64,000 bases of DNA from Eledone cirrhosa. Taxonomy: Eukaryota. Each line of letters starts with the position of its first letter. The stretch's first letter is position 1. The position numbers were made by a program, and so were the translations under genes. Location: the NCBI GenBank assembly GCA_964016885.1, contig OZ024741.1, positions 386,508,001 through 386,572,000 of the forward strand. Direction: 5' to 3'. A model generated the notes under the pieces. That model saw only the letters and a program-made list of their open reading frames with translations, did not search any database and was not told the origin of the DNA. Below, piece after piece: positions 15,561 through 27,304 of the stretch.

Positions 15561-16140
15561 TAAACATACATATGTCTACTTTCTTTATTACAATAAAAAA
15601 TCTGAACTCTGACACCCCAGCGAACTAGCCATATTCACTGAACCAGACAATTCTCCCATCCCATTTCTCTTGACCATTCTTTTGCTTGTCATAAAATTCT
15701 CTAAATGGCTACAAAATAAATAATACGGGCGCGGAACTTGTTCACGTGACAGTCATAATTTCATTTATAACCAATCAAATTGCATTTTTTAAAAAAAAGC
15801 CTTCGGGAGCCCTCTTTTTTAAGTAAAAAGTAATTCAAACACTCATATATGAAAAAACAACCTGAGCACACACACCCCCTCCCCTTGTTTGAAGGACTTT
15901 GTAACGCGAACTGGCGCGAAATTTATTATACTTATTGACCAACCAATCAAATTACTTCTCTAAAAACCTGGCGTTTTGAGCCACTTTTTCCATATAAAAC
16001 AAGTAACATTCAAATACCAACCAGATGTGAGAAAAACCACAGACCCTCCATCTCAACTTTACTTTTGAAAAGCAGAAGAACTGCGAAACCGGTAAAGGAA
16101 CCAAATAAATATAAGACTCCAGTTGCATTTTCGATTTCAT
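12853..16140 (+). mobile_element. Degenerate Penelope-like element (Neptune-like) with RT, Cys linker, GIY-YIG and 3' pLTR
   Basis: INLSN..LSKGLKFTPTP, IIIKEADKGSTVVIMD, YGLPKIHK, WKRYLDD, LPFLDILI, KPTD..SNHP, KCGRSNCG linker, IYAIK..YIGQT, ENMFIQKYRPALN; stops, frameshifts and an internal RT deletion near 13915. Confidence 0.88.
16058..16100 (+). ncRNA. Minimal hammerhead ribozyme, U3-A8 variant, in PLE pLTR
   Basis: uuacuu-UUGAAAA-gcag aagaa cugc-GAAA-CCGG-UA-aaggaa; stem I has one mismatch. Confidence 0.55.
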
Positions 16141-16144
16141 CTTT

Positions 16145-16328
<184 letters not shown>

Positions 16329-16537
16329 TAGATATATTATAAATGTTAAATAATCCTTATTAGTTTCAAGAAATATGTCACAACGCATCTGATGATTTGG
16401 ATTCAATATTTTTGGGGGTTCATCGTTGTCTTTTAGACACTAATCGTATCATGTTTAGACAAGGATTTTATAACTTTAACAATGGTATTTAGTTAAATAC
16501 AACATTCATTACATTGAACGCTTCTCAGTTTGACATA

Positions 16538-16713
<176 letters not shown>

Positions 16714-16715
<2 letters not shown>

Positions 16716-18245
16716 CAATCACCTCCTCTTCATGGACGATCTTAAGCTCTTCGGGAAAAGTGAGAAGGAGTTGGATGTGCTTGTTGACACTGTCCGTATT
16801 TTCAGCAGTGATATATGTATGCAGTTTGGTATTGGTAAATGTGGAGTCATTGTGATGAAGAGGGGTAGGTTGAGCAGAAGTAACGGGATCCAGATACCAA
16901 CAGGTGAGATGATAAAGGAAATTGACTCTGAGGAAGGATACAAGTATTTGGGCGTTCTGGAGGCTGATGGCATAAAGAACAAAAAAAAATGAAGGAATTG
17001 TTAAGAACTGAATACATTCGGAGAGTAAGGAGCGTATTGAAGTCACATCTGAACAGCAGAAATGCCATAAGCGCAGTAAATTCCCGAGCTGTGTCTATTA
17101 TTAGGTACAGTGCGGGAATTCTGAGATGGAATGTTGCTGAACAAAAAGAAATGGATAGGAAGACTGGGAAGCTATTGACTATCTACAACATGTTCCACAA
17201 GAGGAGTGATGTCGATAGACTCTACCTAAGGAGATCTGAGGGTGGAAGAGGTCTTATCAGCATAGAGGACTGTGTTCAGATGGAGAAAAACAACCTATAC
17301 AAATACGTGACCTATAGTAAGGAGCCAATGCTCAGAACTGTACTGAAGGAGGGGACAGTAGGCCAGGGGATGTCCAAGGAGGAAATAACATCAAGGAGGA
17401 ATAGCAGCCTTAAGGGAAAATCCCTTCATAGTACCTTCTTTGAGAAAACTGAATTTAGAGATCCACAGACATGGAACTGGTTGAGAAGAGGAGACCTCAA
17501 AAAGGCTACAGAAGGAATGCTAATGGCTGCGCAGGAGCAGGCCCTCAAAACGAAGTGGTTGAAGCACCATATCTACAAGGAGGAGGCTAGCCCACTGTGC
17601 AGGATCTGTGGAGAGAGAGAGGAGACTGTGGCTCACATTGTGTCCGAGTGTAAACACCTAGCCCAGACCCACTATAAGGGCTGGAGACACGATGTGATGG
17701 GCAGGGTGATCCACTGGCACCTGTGCAAAGTAAACAATTTACCACATTCTGAGAAATGGTATGAGCATAGGCCAGAGCCGGTGATGGAGAACAATCAGGT
17801 GAAGGTGCTGTGGGATTTTAGGATACAGACGGACAAAAAACTGGAACACAATAGACCTGACCTGGTGGTTGTGGACAAAGAAAAAAGATCGTGTCTGATT
17901 GTGGATGTGGCCTGCCCGTTCGACACGAGAGTGCAAGAGAAGGAGAGGGAGAAAATTAACCGATACCAGGACCTAAAGTGGGAGGTGAAAAGGATTTGGA
18001 ACTGCCATGAAGTCAAAGTGATCCCGATTGTCATAGGCGCACTGGGGACTATCTCCAAAAGTTTCCAGGGATGGTTAAAGAAAATCGGCCCCTTCACGCT
18101 TTTTGGAACGCTTCAAAAGGCATGCTTGCTTGGAACAGCAAGAACCCTCCGATACGTCCTGAATATCTGAGGCTGCAGGTAGTGGCTTGATATTCAATCC
18201 AACGGACTTTCCAGTTAACCAACATCAATGACTGAGATTCAAGGA
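16714..18245 (+). mobile_element. 5'-truncated R4/Dong-like RLE non-LTR retrotransposon
   Basis: Starts at NHLLFMDD; CRICGEREETVAHIVSEC, RHD, RPDLVV..DVACP..K..Y; near-identical to 32412-33940; (AAT)n on both sides. Confidence 0.92.
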
Positions 18246-18276
18246 ATAACAACAATAATAATAATAATAATAATAA

Positions 18277-18452
18277 TTGTTTCTACTTTAGGCACAAGGC
18301 CAGCAATTATCCAGTGCATTACTGGTACTTTATTTTATCGACCCCGTAAGGATGAAAGGCAAAGTTAACCTCGACGGGATTTGAACTCAGACTGTAAAGG
18401 GACGTAACTATGCTAGAAAGCATGGCGTCCGACCCTCTACCGATACTGCCTA
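18277..18452 (-). mobile_element. tRNA-derived SINE with Nin/Deu-like central domain
   Basis: A-box-like GGCAGTATCGG, B box GAGTTCAAATCC, gcctttcatccttacggggtcgataaaataaagtaccag, tail ggccttgtgcctaaagtagaaac+(ATT)n. Confidence 0.8.
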
Positions 18453-18550
18453 TATTACTACCACACCTCCCGATCTTCTCCTTCTACCTCTCCTCCCTCT
18501 CCTCTTCTTCTTCTTTCCCTTTCCCCTTTACTATACTCCTATTATACACC

Positions 18551-18695
18551 TTCTTCTTCTTCTTCTTCTTCTTCTTCTTCTTCTTCTTCTTCTTCTTCTT
18601 CTTCTTCTTCTTCTTCTTCTTCTTCTTCTTCTTCTTCTTCTTCTTCTTCTTCTTCTTCTTCTTCTTCTTCTTCTTCTTCTTCTTCTTCTTCTTCT
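18551..18695. repeat. (TTC)n microsatellite
   Basis: Direct reading. Confidence 0.95.
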
Positions 18696-18770
18696 ACTAC
18701 TACTACTGCCATTGAAGTCAACAGTCAGTCAGACAGTGACAGGGGACAACCCAACTCCTACTATTTTGGT

Positions 18771-18912
18771 GGTGGATTGGCAGTATCGGAAGAGGGTCGG
18801 ACGCCATGCTTTGCAGCATAGAGTTACGGCCCTTTATGATCTGAGTTCAAATCCCGCCGAGGTTAACTTTGTCTTTCATCCTTGCGGGGTCGATAAAATA
18901 AAGTTCCAGTCA
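18771..18912 (+). mobile_element. 3'-truncated copy of the same SINE
   Basis: ggattggcagtatcgg...gagttcaaatccc...catccttgcggggtcgataaaata. Confidence 0.75.
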
Positions 18913-19009
18913 CTGCGTTTACAGATTGACTTTGTTAGTTTCAGAAGATCCTGTTAAGGGTGAAAGCAGCGATTCTTTGCTTAAACTTTAATCTGTTATT
19001 TTAATAAAT

Positions 19010-19087
<78 letters not shown>

Positions 19088-19090
<3 letters not shown>

Positions 19091-19247
19091 CAAAGGAATT
19101 GTGGTAAGGAACCAGATGGACCATAACGCACCAGAGTATTCAATACTTAGGGTAGTAGAGTGAGAAATAGGAAAAAGTATGACCCCTATTTCTGGACCAG
19201 AAATAGCCGTCGAAACGGCTTGAGCTCTGCTGTCGGGGGTCATACTT

Positions 19248-19286
<39 letters not shown>

Positions 19287-19471
19287 AACAAGTAGGACCC
19301 CGACGGCTGAGCTCAAGCCGTTTCGACGGCTAATTCCAGAATTAGCCGTCGAAACGGCTTGAGCTCAGCCTTCGGGGTCCTACTCGTTCCTATTACCCAC
19401 TCTACTACCCTAAATATTGAGTACTTTGGTGCGTTATGGTCCACCTGGTTCCTTACCACATTTCCTCCGTT
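19088..19471. mobile_element. Two family-A fold-back elements in opposite orientation (19088-19251, 19283-19471)
   Basis: Shared tail and GAAACGGC..GCCGTC palindromes, separated and flanked by (TA)n. Confidence 0.8.
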
Positions 19472-19480
19472 ATATATTTA

Positions 19481-19643
<163 letters not shown>

Positions 19644-20249
19644 TGTTTAAATTATTTGTGACTACTCCCGGTAATTTTAAAAAAAAAAAACGCGATAATA
19701 TTGCTTTTTGCTGAACTCCTTAGTGTAGAGTTTTTTTCGGAATGTTTTTGACTGTTGTTTCTTGTAAACAAACATTCGTCTCATTCTAACGTCACCAGCC
19801 CTGTTTTTCCACATGTGCGTTTTATTTTCATAATCACGCATGATGGTAAACTAGCCTGCTTTTAAATTCCCCTTTTTGGCATATTAATCAGTGAGAAATT
19901 TGGCTATCGAGTTGAGCTCTGATGAGGATCGAATTCCAACCGTGACCATCTCCACTGAAAGTTTTCGTGAAATAGTCATCAAGACTATACAGAACATTTT
20001 TAGTTGTCCCAAATTGAAGGATGAGTATTTTAAACTTTATTTTATCATGAGTTAAGGCTCTATTGATTTTTCCCTGGATTTCACTAAATTCTGTTGGATG
20101 AATCTATATCCTGATTCTTTTTGAGTTGAGTTTGAATTATTTTTCCCACATCTTACGTTAACTATTTTTCCCATTTTGACGCTATAGTCATGACGCTATA
20201 TTTTATGGAATACTGTTGGCTTTTTGCTACAATATTTTCTATACCTTTC

Positions 20250-20281
<32 letters not shown>

Positions 20282-20285
<4 letters not shown>

Positions 20286-20495
20286 TTAATATAGATGAGA
20301 TTCTACAATACTAGAACTGTTTCATTCTTTAGAAATCATCAGGAATCTGGCTTTCCAAAAATAAATGTTGTGGTATTTATATCTTTTCAGGTGGTAGGAG
20401 AGGGTGGGGAGTGGGATGGGTGGAGGTCATTGGTTGAAAGAAAAGAGAATTCATTAAAAGCTAATTCTTTAAGGCTATAATTTATATTTTGAGTG

Positions 20496-20500
<5 letters not shown>
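20282..20500 (-). mobile_element. PLE pLTR fragment with hammerhead ribozyme (20298-20348)
   Basis: Homologous to 253-310: agauuc-CUGAUGA-uuucuaaagaau-GAAA-CAG..UUG-UA-gaaucu. Confidence 0.7.
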
Positions 20501-20536
<36 letters not shown>

Positions 20537-20540
<4 letters not shown>

Positions 20541-20670
20541 AGATTCAAAATCCCCGACGGCTGAGCTCCGGCCGTCGGGGACCTGAATCTTTTTATATTA
20601 AACAATTTACTACCCCAAGTATTGAGTGCTCTGGTGGGTTATGGTCCACCTGGTATTTTATGACACCCTA

Positions 20671-20760
<90 letters not shown>

Positions 20761-20918
20761 AAGGAATTGTGGTAAGGAACCAGATGGACCATAACGCACC
20801 AGGGTACTCAATACTTAGGGTAGTAGAGTGTGAAATAGGAAAAAGTAAATTCTAATTTAGTCCAGAAATAGCCGTCGAAACGGCTTGAGCTCTGCCGTCG
20901 GGGTCATACTTTTTCCTA
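20537..20918. mobile_element. Two family-A elements (20537-20675 +, 20756-20918 -)
   Basis: Shared tail and palindrome remnants in (TA)n. Confidence 0.75.
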
Positions 20919-20936
20919 TATATATATATGTACATA

Positions 20937-21013
<77 letters not shown>

Positions 21014-21031
21014 GCATATATATATATATAT

Positions 21032-21099
<68 letters not shown>

Positions 21100-21101
<2 letters not shown>

Positions 21102-21876
21102 TTTCGCTCTACATGGCTGAATACAATAAATGTAATCTGAGTTTTTCGAATATTAATAATAACATTCGATTCGTTTGCAATTATGCAAACAACCCTCATT
21201 TTTAAAGCCATGTCAGTAAAATGAACTCTTCATTTTTGCTCTTGAGTTGTCATGTAAACAGAACTGCAGACACTAATGTTTCACCCTTCATCAGCTCACT
21301 GTTCACCTTCAAACTATCAGAGCTAGTGAAAATATACGCTATTTTCTAAAATATACAGTGACTGATCGGCCTGATTTGCATATTAGCAGACTGGCTGATC
21401 AGTCAGATCTGCATATTAGCAGATCCACTGATCAGCCAGATTTGCATATCAGCAGACTGGTCAGTCAGTTAACTGTATAGGAGCGATAAGTGGCCGGCTT
21501 TGCCACATTCAGATAAAAAAAAAATGTTTTCGCTCTACATGGCTGAATACAATAAATGTAATCTGAGTTTTTCGAATATTCATAATTGTTTCTACTTTAG
21601 GCACAAGGCCAGCAATTAACCAGTGCATTACTGGTACTTTATTTTATCGACCCCGTAAGGATGAAAGGCAAAGTCAACCTCGGCGGGATTTGAACTCAGA
21701 TCGTAAAGGGACGTAACTATGCTGGAAAGCATGGCGTCCGACCCTCTACCGATACTGCCAATCCATTCGATTCGTTTGCAATTATGCAAACCAGCCTCTT
21801 TTTAAAGCCACATCAGTAGAATGAACCCTTCATTCTTGCTCTTGTGTTGGCATGTAAACAGAGTTGCAGAAACTAA
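21100..21876 (+). repeat. ~175-bp direct repeat (21100-21277; 21527-21876 interrupted by a SINE) flanking ~33-bp tandem repeats
   Basis: ttttcgctctacatggctgaatacaataaatg... occurs twice; ctgatc..gat(t/c)tgcata(t/c)agcaga x3 at ~21360-21460. Confidence 0.8.
21586..21764 (-). mobile_element. tRNA-derived Nin-type SINE
   Basis: Near-identical to 18277-18452. Confidence 0.85.
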
Positions 21877-21889
21877 TTGTGAACGCCGA

Positions 21890-23590
21890 GGCAGATTATT
21901 ACACTTCGTTCTTAATGGCAGACCATTTCTTTAATGCAAAACACAAAGGTTGATTTGTCTTAGCTGAGGAAACAAGGGGACGAAAGCTGACCAATGGGCC
22001 CGTGCAACGTGGTAACAAAACCACGATTCGGTCTTTGACGAATGCGTGATGAACGATTCCAGGCAGATGTGTGTGGCCTTCCGCTCGACTGTTCGGGGAA
22101 GGCTGGGATCGGAGACGGTGGCAGACTTCAGTTCCTACCTTGACGGCCTCCCGCGGCTCTACCAGGCCAATGGGTGTTGTTGTTTTATCTGATTTTGTTG
22201 CTGATACTGGTGTTGATGTTGCTGTTGTTTTTCTTGGTGATACTGTCTGGGCTTTGGTGGTAGCTGTTGTTGGTGTTGACAGGAGTGGAGGCCCCCTCCA
22301 TTTCCTTTTAGTGAATGACAGAAAGCTCTTAAGTGGTTTGTGGAAAGACAGATATGACATTTGGCTTTCCTCTCTTCTACTCGAATTGGTAAAATAATAC
22401 CGCCTGGAAGATACATTTTTTCGGAGATGGCGACTATATTCCTTTGTGTTGTTTGCCCCCTTTCCCGACCAATTTTCTTTGTTAGTCTGGTAGACCTCGA
22501 GGATTTTGGAATTTTCCTCAATGTCTACCATGACTGCAGCTATTAGCCAAGGAATGGCTATTTCAGGTTTTATTTGCGAAACCTTGCTTCTTACTAATCT
22601 CATTCCGCAGTAGAATGGGACGAACAGGATCTCATCATTCTGTAGGGGCTTCAGGGAGTGAGATCTTGCTTCTTCTTCCGTAGCAAATCTCACCTCAATC
22701 GTGCCAGAAGCCCTGTCTCTTAGTATATAGGTTTTTAGGTTCCACACAGAACCTAAAGCATTTTAAATTTGAACTTCTGTGGCTCTCTCTACTGTCCTTG
22801 TTTTCAACCCAATAACACGATATGCCACTGTGCAACGTATCGTTTTGAATTGTTTCGAAGGGGTTGTTGAGGCTGACAATATGACCAGACTTTTCTATAA
22901 GGTTCATGGCTTCTTTTATTTCCTCTTTAGAAAAGTTTATTTTCCTGAAAGACCACTTCATGGCACTAGCAAAAAAAGCTTTGGTAGTACTAATAACTGG
23001 TTTGTGCGTTGGTTCGTTTTTGATGTTGATGATGCTGTAATTGTTGTTGTTGTTACTGTAATTGTTATTTCCGCTGATATTGTTGTTGCTGTTATTGTTG
23101 TTATTTTCGCTGATATTGTTATTGTTGTTGTTGTTATTGTTATTGATCTCCTTTTTATAGTTGTTGTGTTTGCTGTTGTTATCCTCATTCTTGTAATTTT
23201 TTGCAATAGTCTTCATTCAAAATGATATTGTTTTTCACCTTCAAATTCGTCTCCATTATACAGAGGATGTCATCATTCTTGTCCGAGTCAAATGTTGACA
23301 GCATCTCCCTCTCTCTATTACATGTTTCGCTACGTTGTTTCTTTTCAGTAGCATCCATCATAAAAATATTGATGAAAGAAAAAATATTTTTTTGCAAAAT
23401 TTTACAGAACCCATACCCCCTCAGAGGGGGTGCCGTGTGAGCACAATTGACTCACCTGTGCCAAGCAGTTCAGTTTTTCTAAACTTTTGTCAAGTTTAAA
23501 ACTTCAACAAAAGGTTCGATACGGTTGAAATGTAAACAAACAATGAAAATATACCGGAACTGAGGTAAAGCATGGCTTCCACCTCAGGAG
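21890..23590 (-). mobile_element. Degenerate Tx1-like LINE 5' part (5'UTR + ORF1) joined to an inverted ORF2 fragment
   Basis: ORF1 homology to 27795-28850 (GTIEVRFATEEEAR, IAIPWLIAAV, KCHICLSTNHLRAFC); 21890-22165 on + matches the ORF2 linker DHFFNAKH..RGNKTTIRSL. Confidence 0.75.
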
Positions 23591-23855
23591 TCAATAATAA
23601 TAATAATAATAATGTTTTCTTTATTAACCACAAGGGTTTACATAAAGTAGACATTAAGGACAGTACAGGACAATACAGGACGGTACAAATGGGCATTTCT
23701 GCGTGTAAAAAACAGAGGATGAAATAAAATAACAAAGAAAAATTCCCTAATAGGGGGGAGACTTCCGAGGGACATTTGTGGAGAAAGCCCATTAAAAGAC
23801 CACAGTGACCCTGACCACCAGGGCAAGTGCCCTCTCCCAGTTTTCCACCCTTAAT

Positions 23856-26800
23856 TTACAGACACATACTCAGAGAAGGCCCATTCATTCGGGCCATACT
23901 TGCTTCTCTCACCCATCTTTCAACAAAATGCTGGGAAGAGAGCACTTCCCTCTCTACTCTGATTTTCCTTTTCAAATGAAATTTGAAAAAGTTAATCAGG
24001 GCATCACCGAAGAGGTAAGTGCTCGTCTTCAGCCCTTTCAAACGTGTCCACCATACTATCTCTTTCGCCATGGCCACCAGACAGATAAAAACTGCCTGCC
24101 CTTCCCGGCTAAAGGAAGAGGGTGGGGCAATCCTCACGATGGACTCAGCTAATAGCTGGATCCGTCCTACACGTGACAGCAGGTGTTCGACATAAACCCA
24201 CAAGTCAGCAATGCTCGGACACTGGACGAGTGCGTGCAGGACGGTTTCGTCGCCCTGCGCGCATCTCGGACATGCCCGGCTGACGGCACCTCCATGCCTG
24301 TAGAGTTTATCCCGAACTGGCAAAGCTCCCCGGTAGCACTGCCAGGCCAGGGATTTCTGGAAGTTGTCCATAGGCCCCGGCCCGAAAGTCCTTCCGAAGA
24401 GATTGGCTAGTTGATTTTCGTCGACGCCTAGAGTTTCTCCAAGTACGTCGTCGCTCTTCCCCTCCACTAATCCCCTATAGAACGCCAAGGTGGAGTTTCC
24501 ACCGATCACATTGCCCGATTGGTCGAGGGCTGTGAGCGCCTGAAGACATTCCAGTCTCCAAGCGCTCCCTCTCGGTCTTCGCTTGACCCAGGACTGCAGC
24601 TCCGTCAAGGAGACGAGCTGGGGAAAAACGTGTCTAGCAAACGGCGACCACACCTGATCACCGTCGAGGAAGAGGTGGAGATGTCGTAGCCTGAGCGCGT
24701 GTCTGCGCATCATCAGCCACGGCATGCCCAGCCCTCCACGTAGCGGGTGTTGACAGCAGATGGACCGACTGACCATCGGAGCGCGTCCCTTCCACAAGAA
24801 GCGAAAGAGCAAACGCTCCAGCGCAGTCAGGCGAGGCTTAGGACAAGGTACGACGGTCAGGCAGTAGTAGATGACGGATGCGATGTACGCATTCGCCACC
24901 TCCGCTCGACCTTTCAGGGATAGCTTCCTCTCGGCCCATTTCTGGGTGAGAGAAGCCACCCTGCTCGTCACCTCGTCCCAGTTTTTGTCCGTCTGGAGGT
25001 CTGGACCGAACCAGACCCCTAGCAATTTAACCGGTCCGTCCGTCCAGCGTCCAACGACGGTGTTGGACGGCATGGACCTGCCTCTCCAGGTGCCGAGCTG
25101 CAGGCCCACTGACTTTTTCTGGTTGATCATTGCTCCTGTCACCGCTTCGTATTCTCTTAGTGTAGTGCCGATCGCCTCGATGTGTTTGGCGTTCGACACC
25201 ACTACGGTGACATCGTCGGCATATGCTGACACGGATCTTCCGCATCCTAGTTCGCGCGGGACCCCCCTCAACGTCTCCTGTTTGTGCAGTAATGGCTCGA
25301 GAGTCAATACGTACAATAGGGACGAGAGGGGACATCCTTGGCGGACCGAGCGCATGATGTTGAACGGTTCCGAAAGGTGACCGTTCACTCTCACTACAGA
25401 GCAGATGTCACTGTGCATGGCAGCGATCCAGCCTCTGAAGACGGGCCCAAAGCCAGCCGCCCTCAGGACTGCCGCTAGGTAACGATGGTCGACCCTATCG
25501 AAGGCTTTCGACTGATCTAAATTGATCAAAGACCCACCCGTGCCAGGTTCCCTAGCTACCCTCTCTACGATGTATCGCATGAGGTGGAGGTTGTCGTGAA
25601 TGGATCTGTCGGGAATGGCGTATGTCTGTGCCTCTCCCACCAGACCACCAACGACAAGCGCCAACCTCTTTGCTAGCACCTTGGCCAAAATCTTGAACTC
25701 TGTGTTTAGCAGAGTTATGGGCCTAAAATTATCTATGTTATCCCCCTTGTTCGGATCCTTTCTCAGCAGCGCCACCGCTCTTCGGCTCACAGAGCTGGGA
25801 ATTCTCCCGTTCTGTTGCCAGTTGCAGTAGACGTCCGCCAAGAGGCCTCCGAACAAGTCTGGCATTTGTACGTAAAGTTCATAGGGCAGACCATCCAAAC
25901 CAGGCGATTTACCCCTTGTGCAGCCAGTCATTGCCTCCCGTACTTCAGCGGTTGTTATCGGCTTTTCGCAACACTCCGCCTCAGTGGCCGAAAGCCGCGG
26001 CAGTCCGTCGAGGTAGACACTAAAGTCCATCCCTCGACCGGCCCGCCACTGCCCCCGAACAGTTGAGCGAAGTGTCGCTGAAAAGCTTCACACATTTGCC
26101 CGGGATCGAGTAGCATGCGCCCGTCGTGGTCCACCAAAGACCGGATCGTGGCTTTGTTGCCACGACGCGCCTCCGCCACTCGGGCCCATTGAACGGCTTT
26201 CATCCCCTCGTGTCTGAGAGCACGCACCCTAGCTCTGACAACGCAGCCTTCATGCTTTGCATTGAAGAATTGGTCAAGGGCCAATTTCGCCGCAAGTACG
26301 TCGGTCGCGATGCCTTTGCTAAGCGCCTCGTCTAATTTTCTAACTAATTCTCCCTCTGCTCTATTTTTCTCTATTGCTAAAGCCTTACTAAACCTAATGG
26401 ACTCTATTCTAATTGCTCTTTTCAGAGCAAACCACTACTGTTGACGATGGCCCCCGTCAACGCCCGCTTAACTAGTTTGCTAATCCGGTCTCTGTAGGCC
26501 TTGCGCGCTGGTAAGGACGCGTTTAGCTTCCAGTAGCCGGGTCCTCGTCTATGAAGCCTATCTAAGTCAAGCACACAGATCACGAACTTGTGGTCCGTGT
26601 AGCTGACTATCTTGAATTGTGGACAGCCTATGCTAGACCTATCTATTTCCCTACAAAATACTCTATCTAGATATGATCTGGATGACCCTATGCGATTTGT
26701 CCAAGTCCACATTGGTACATTCGGGAAATCCATTCGGTACCTGTCAGACAGTTCAAAACGCCTGAGCAGGTTGGTGAGACTCTTGCACCCTCCTTCCCTA

Positions 26801-27270
26801 TCCACTAATCCCACACAATACCAGCGTGCATCTAAGATCCCGTTCCAGCCGCCCACTAACACTAAAGAGCGGGACGTTCCAAGAAAGGTCTCCAGACGCC
26901 GGAAGAAATCAGGCTGCCCTACTCCTGTCGGGGCATAGACGGCCACTAACCTTTAAGCTTGCCCGTCTCCGCTGGTCACGTCCAGCACCACCAACTTACC
27001 TTCAGGGTCCAGGAAGATGGCCCGTATGGCAAGATCCAAACCTCTCCGAAAAAGCACAGCAACACTTCCCCCCGATCCCGGACGGCTGGGAGATGCGTAC
27101 ACATCGTAGCCGCTGAAGATCGGTGCGAAGGCCCGTGCTTCGGAGATTCTGGTCTCGCTGATGGCCACTACATCTATGTTTAGTGACCTGAGGTCGTTGA
27201 GCAGGTGGCCCTGCTTCCATGACGGCCCCAAGCCACGCGCATTTATGCTGCCTATTCTGAGTGAGGTCAT
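23856..27270 (-). pseudogene. Tx1-like ORF2 (AP endonuclease + RT + C-terminal zinc finger), frameshifted
   Basis: MTSLRIGSINARGL, SYLDRVF, SYTDHK, PGYWKLN, KSPGLDGLP, NFRPITLLN, LDQSKAFDRV, VRQGCPLS, AYADD, CPRC...ETVLHALVQC; split over four ORFs. Confidence 0.92.
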
Positions 27271-27304
27271 GTTGAAAAGGAGTGGAAAAGATGGGAAAGA
27301 CTAC

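Noticed and set aside
19915-19985. CUGAUGA...GAAAUAGUC hammerhead
   Set aside because: I could not build convincing stems I-III; at best a degenerate motif.
21899-22747. 282-aa ORF as a single gene
   Set aside because: Chimeric read-through of a Tx1 ORF1 relic into the antisense strand of an ORF2 fragment.
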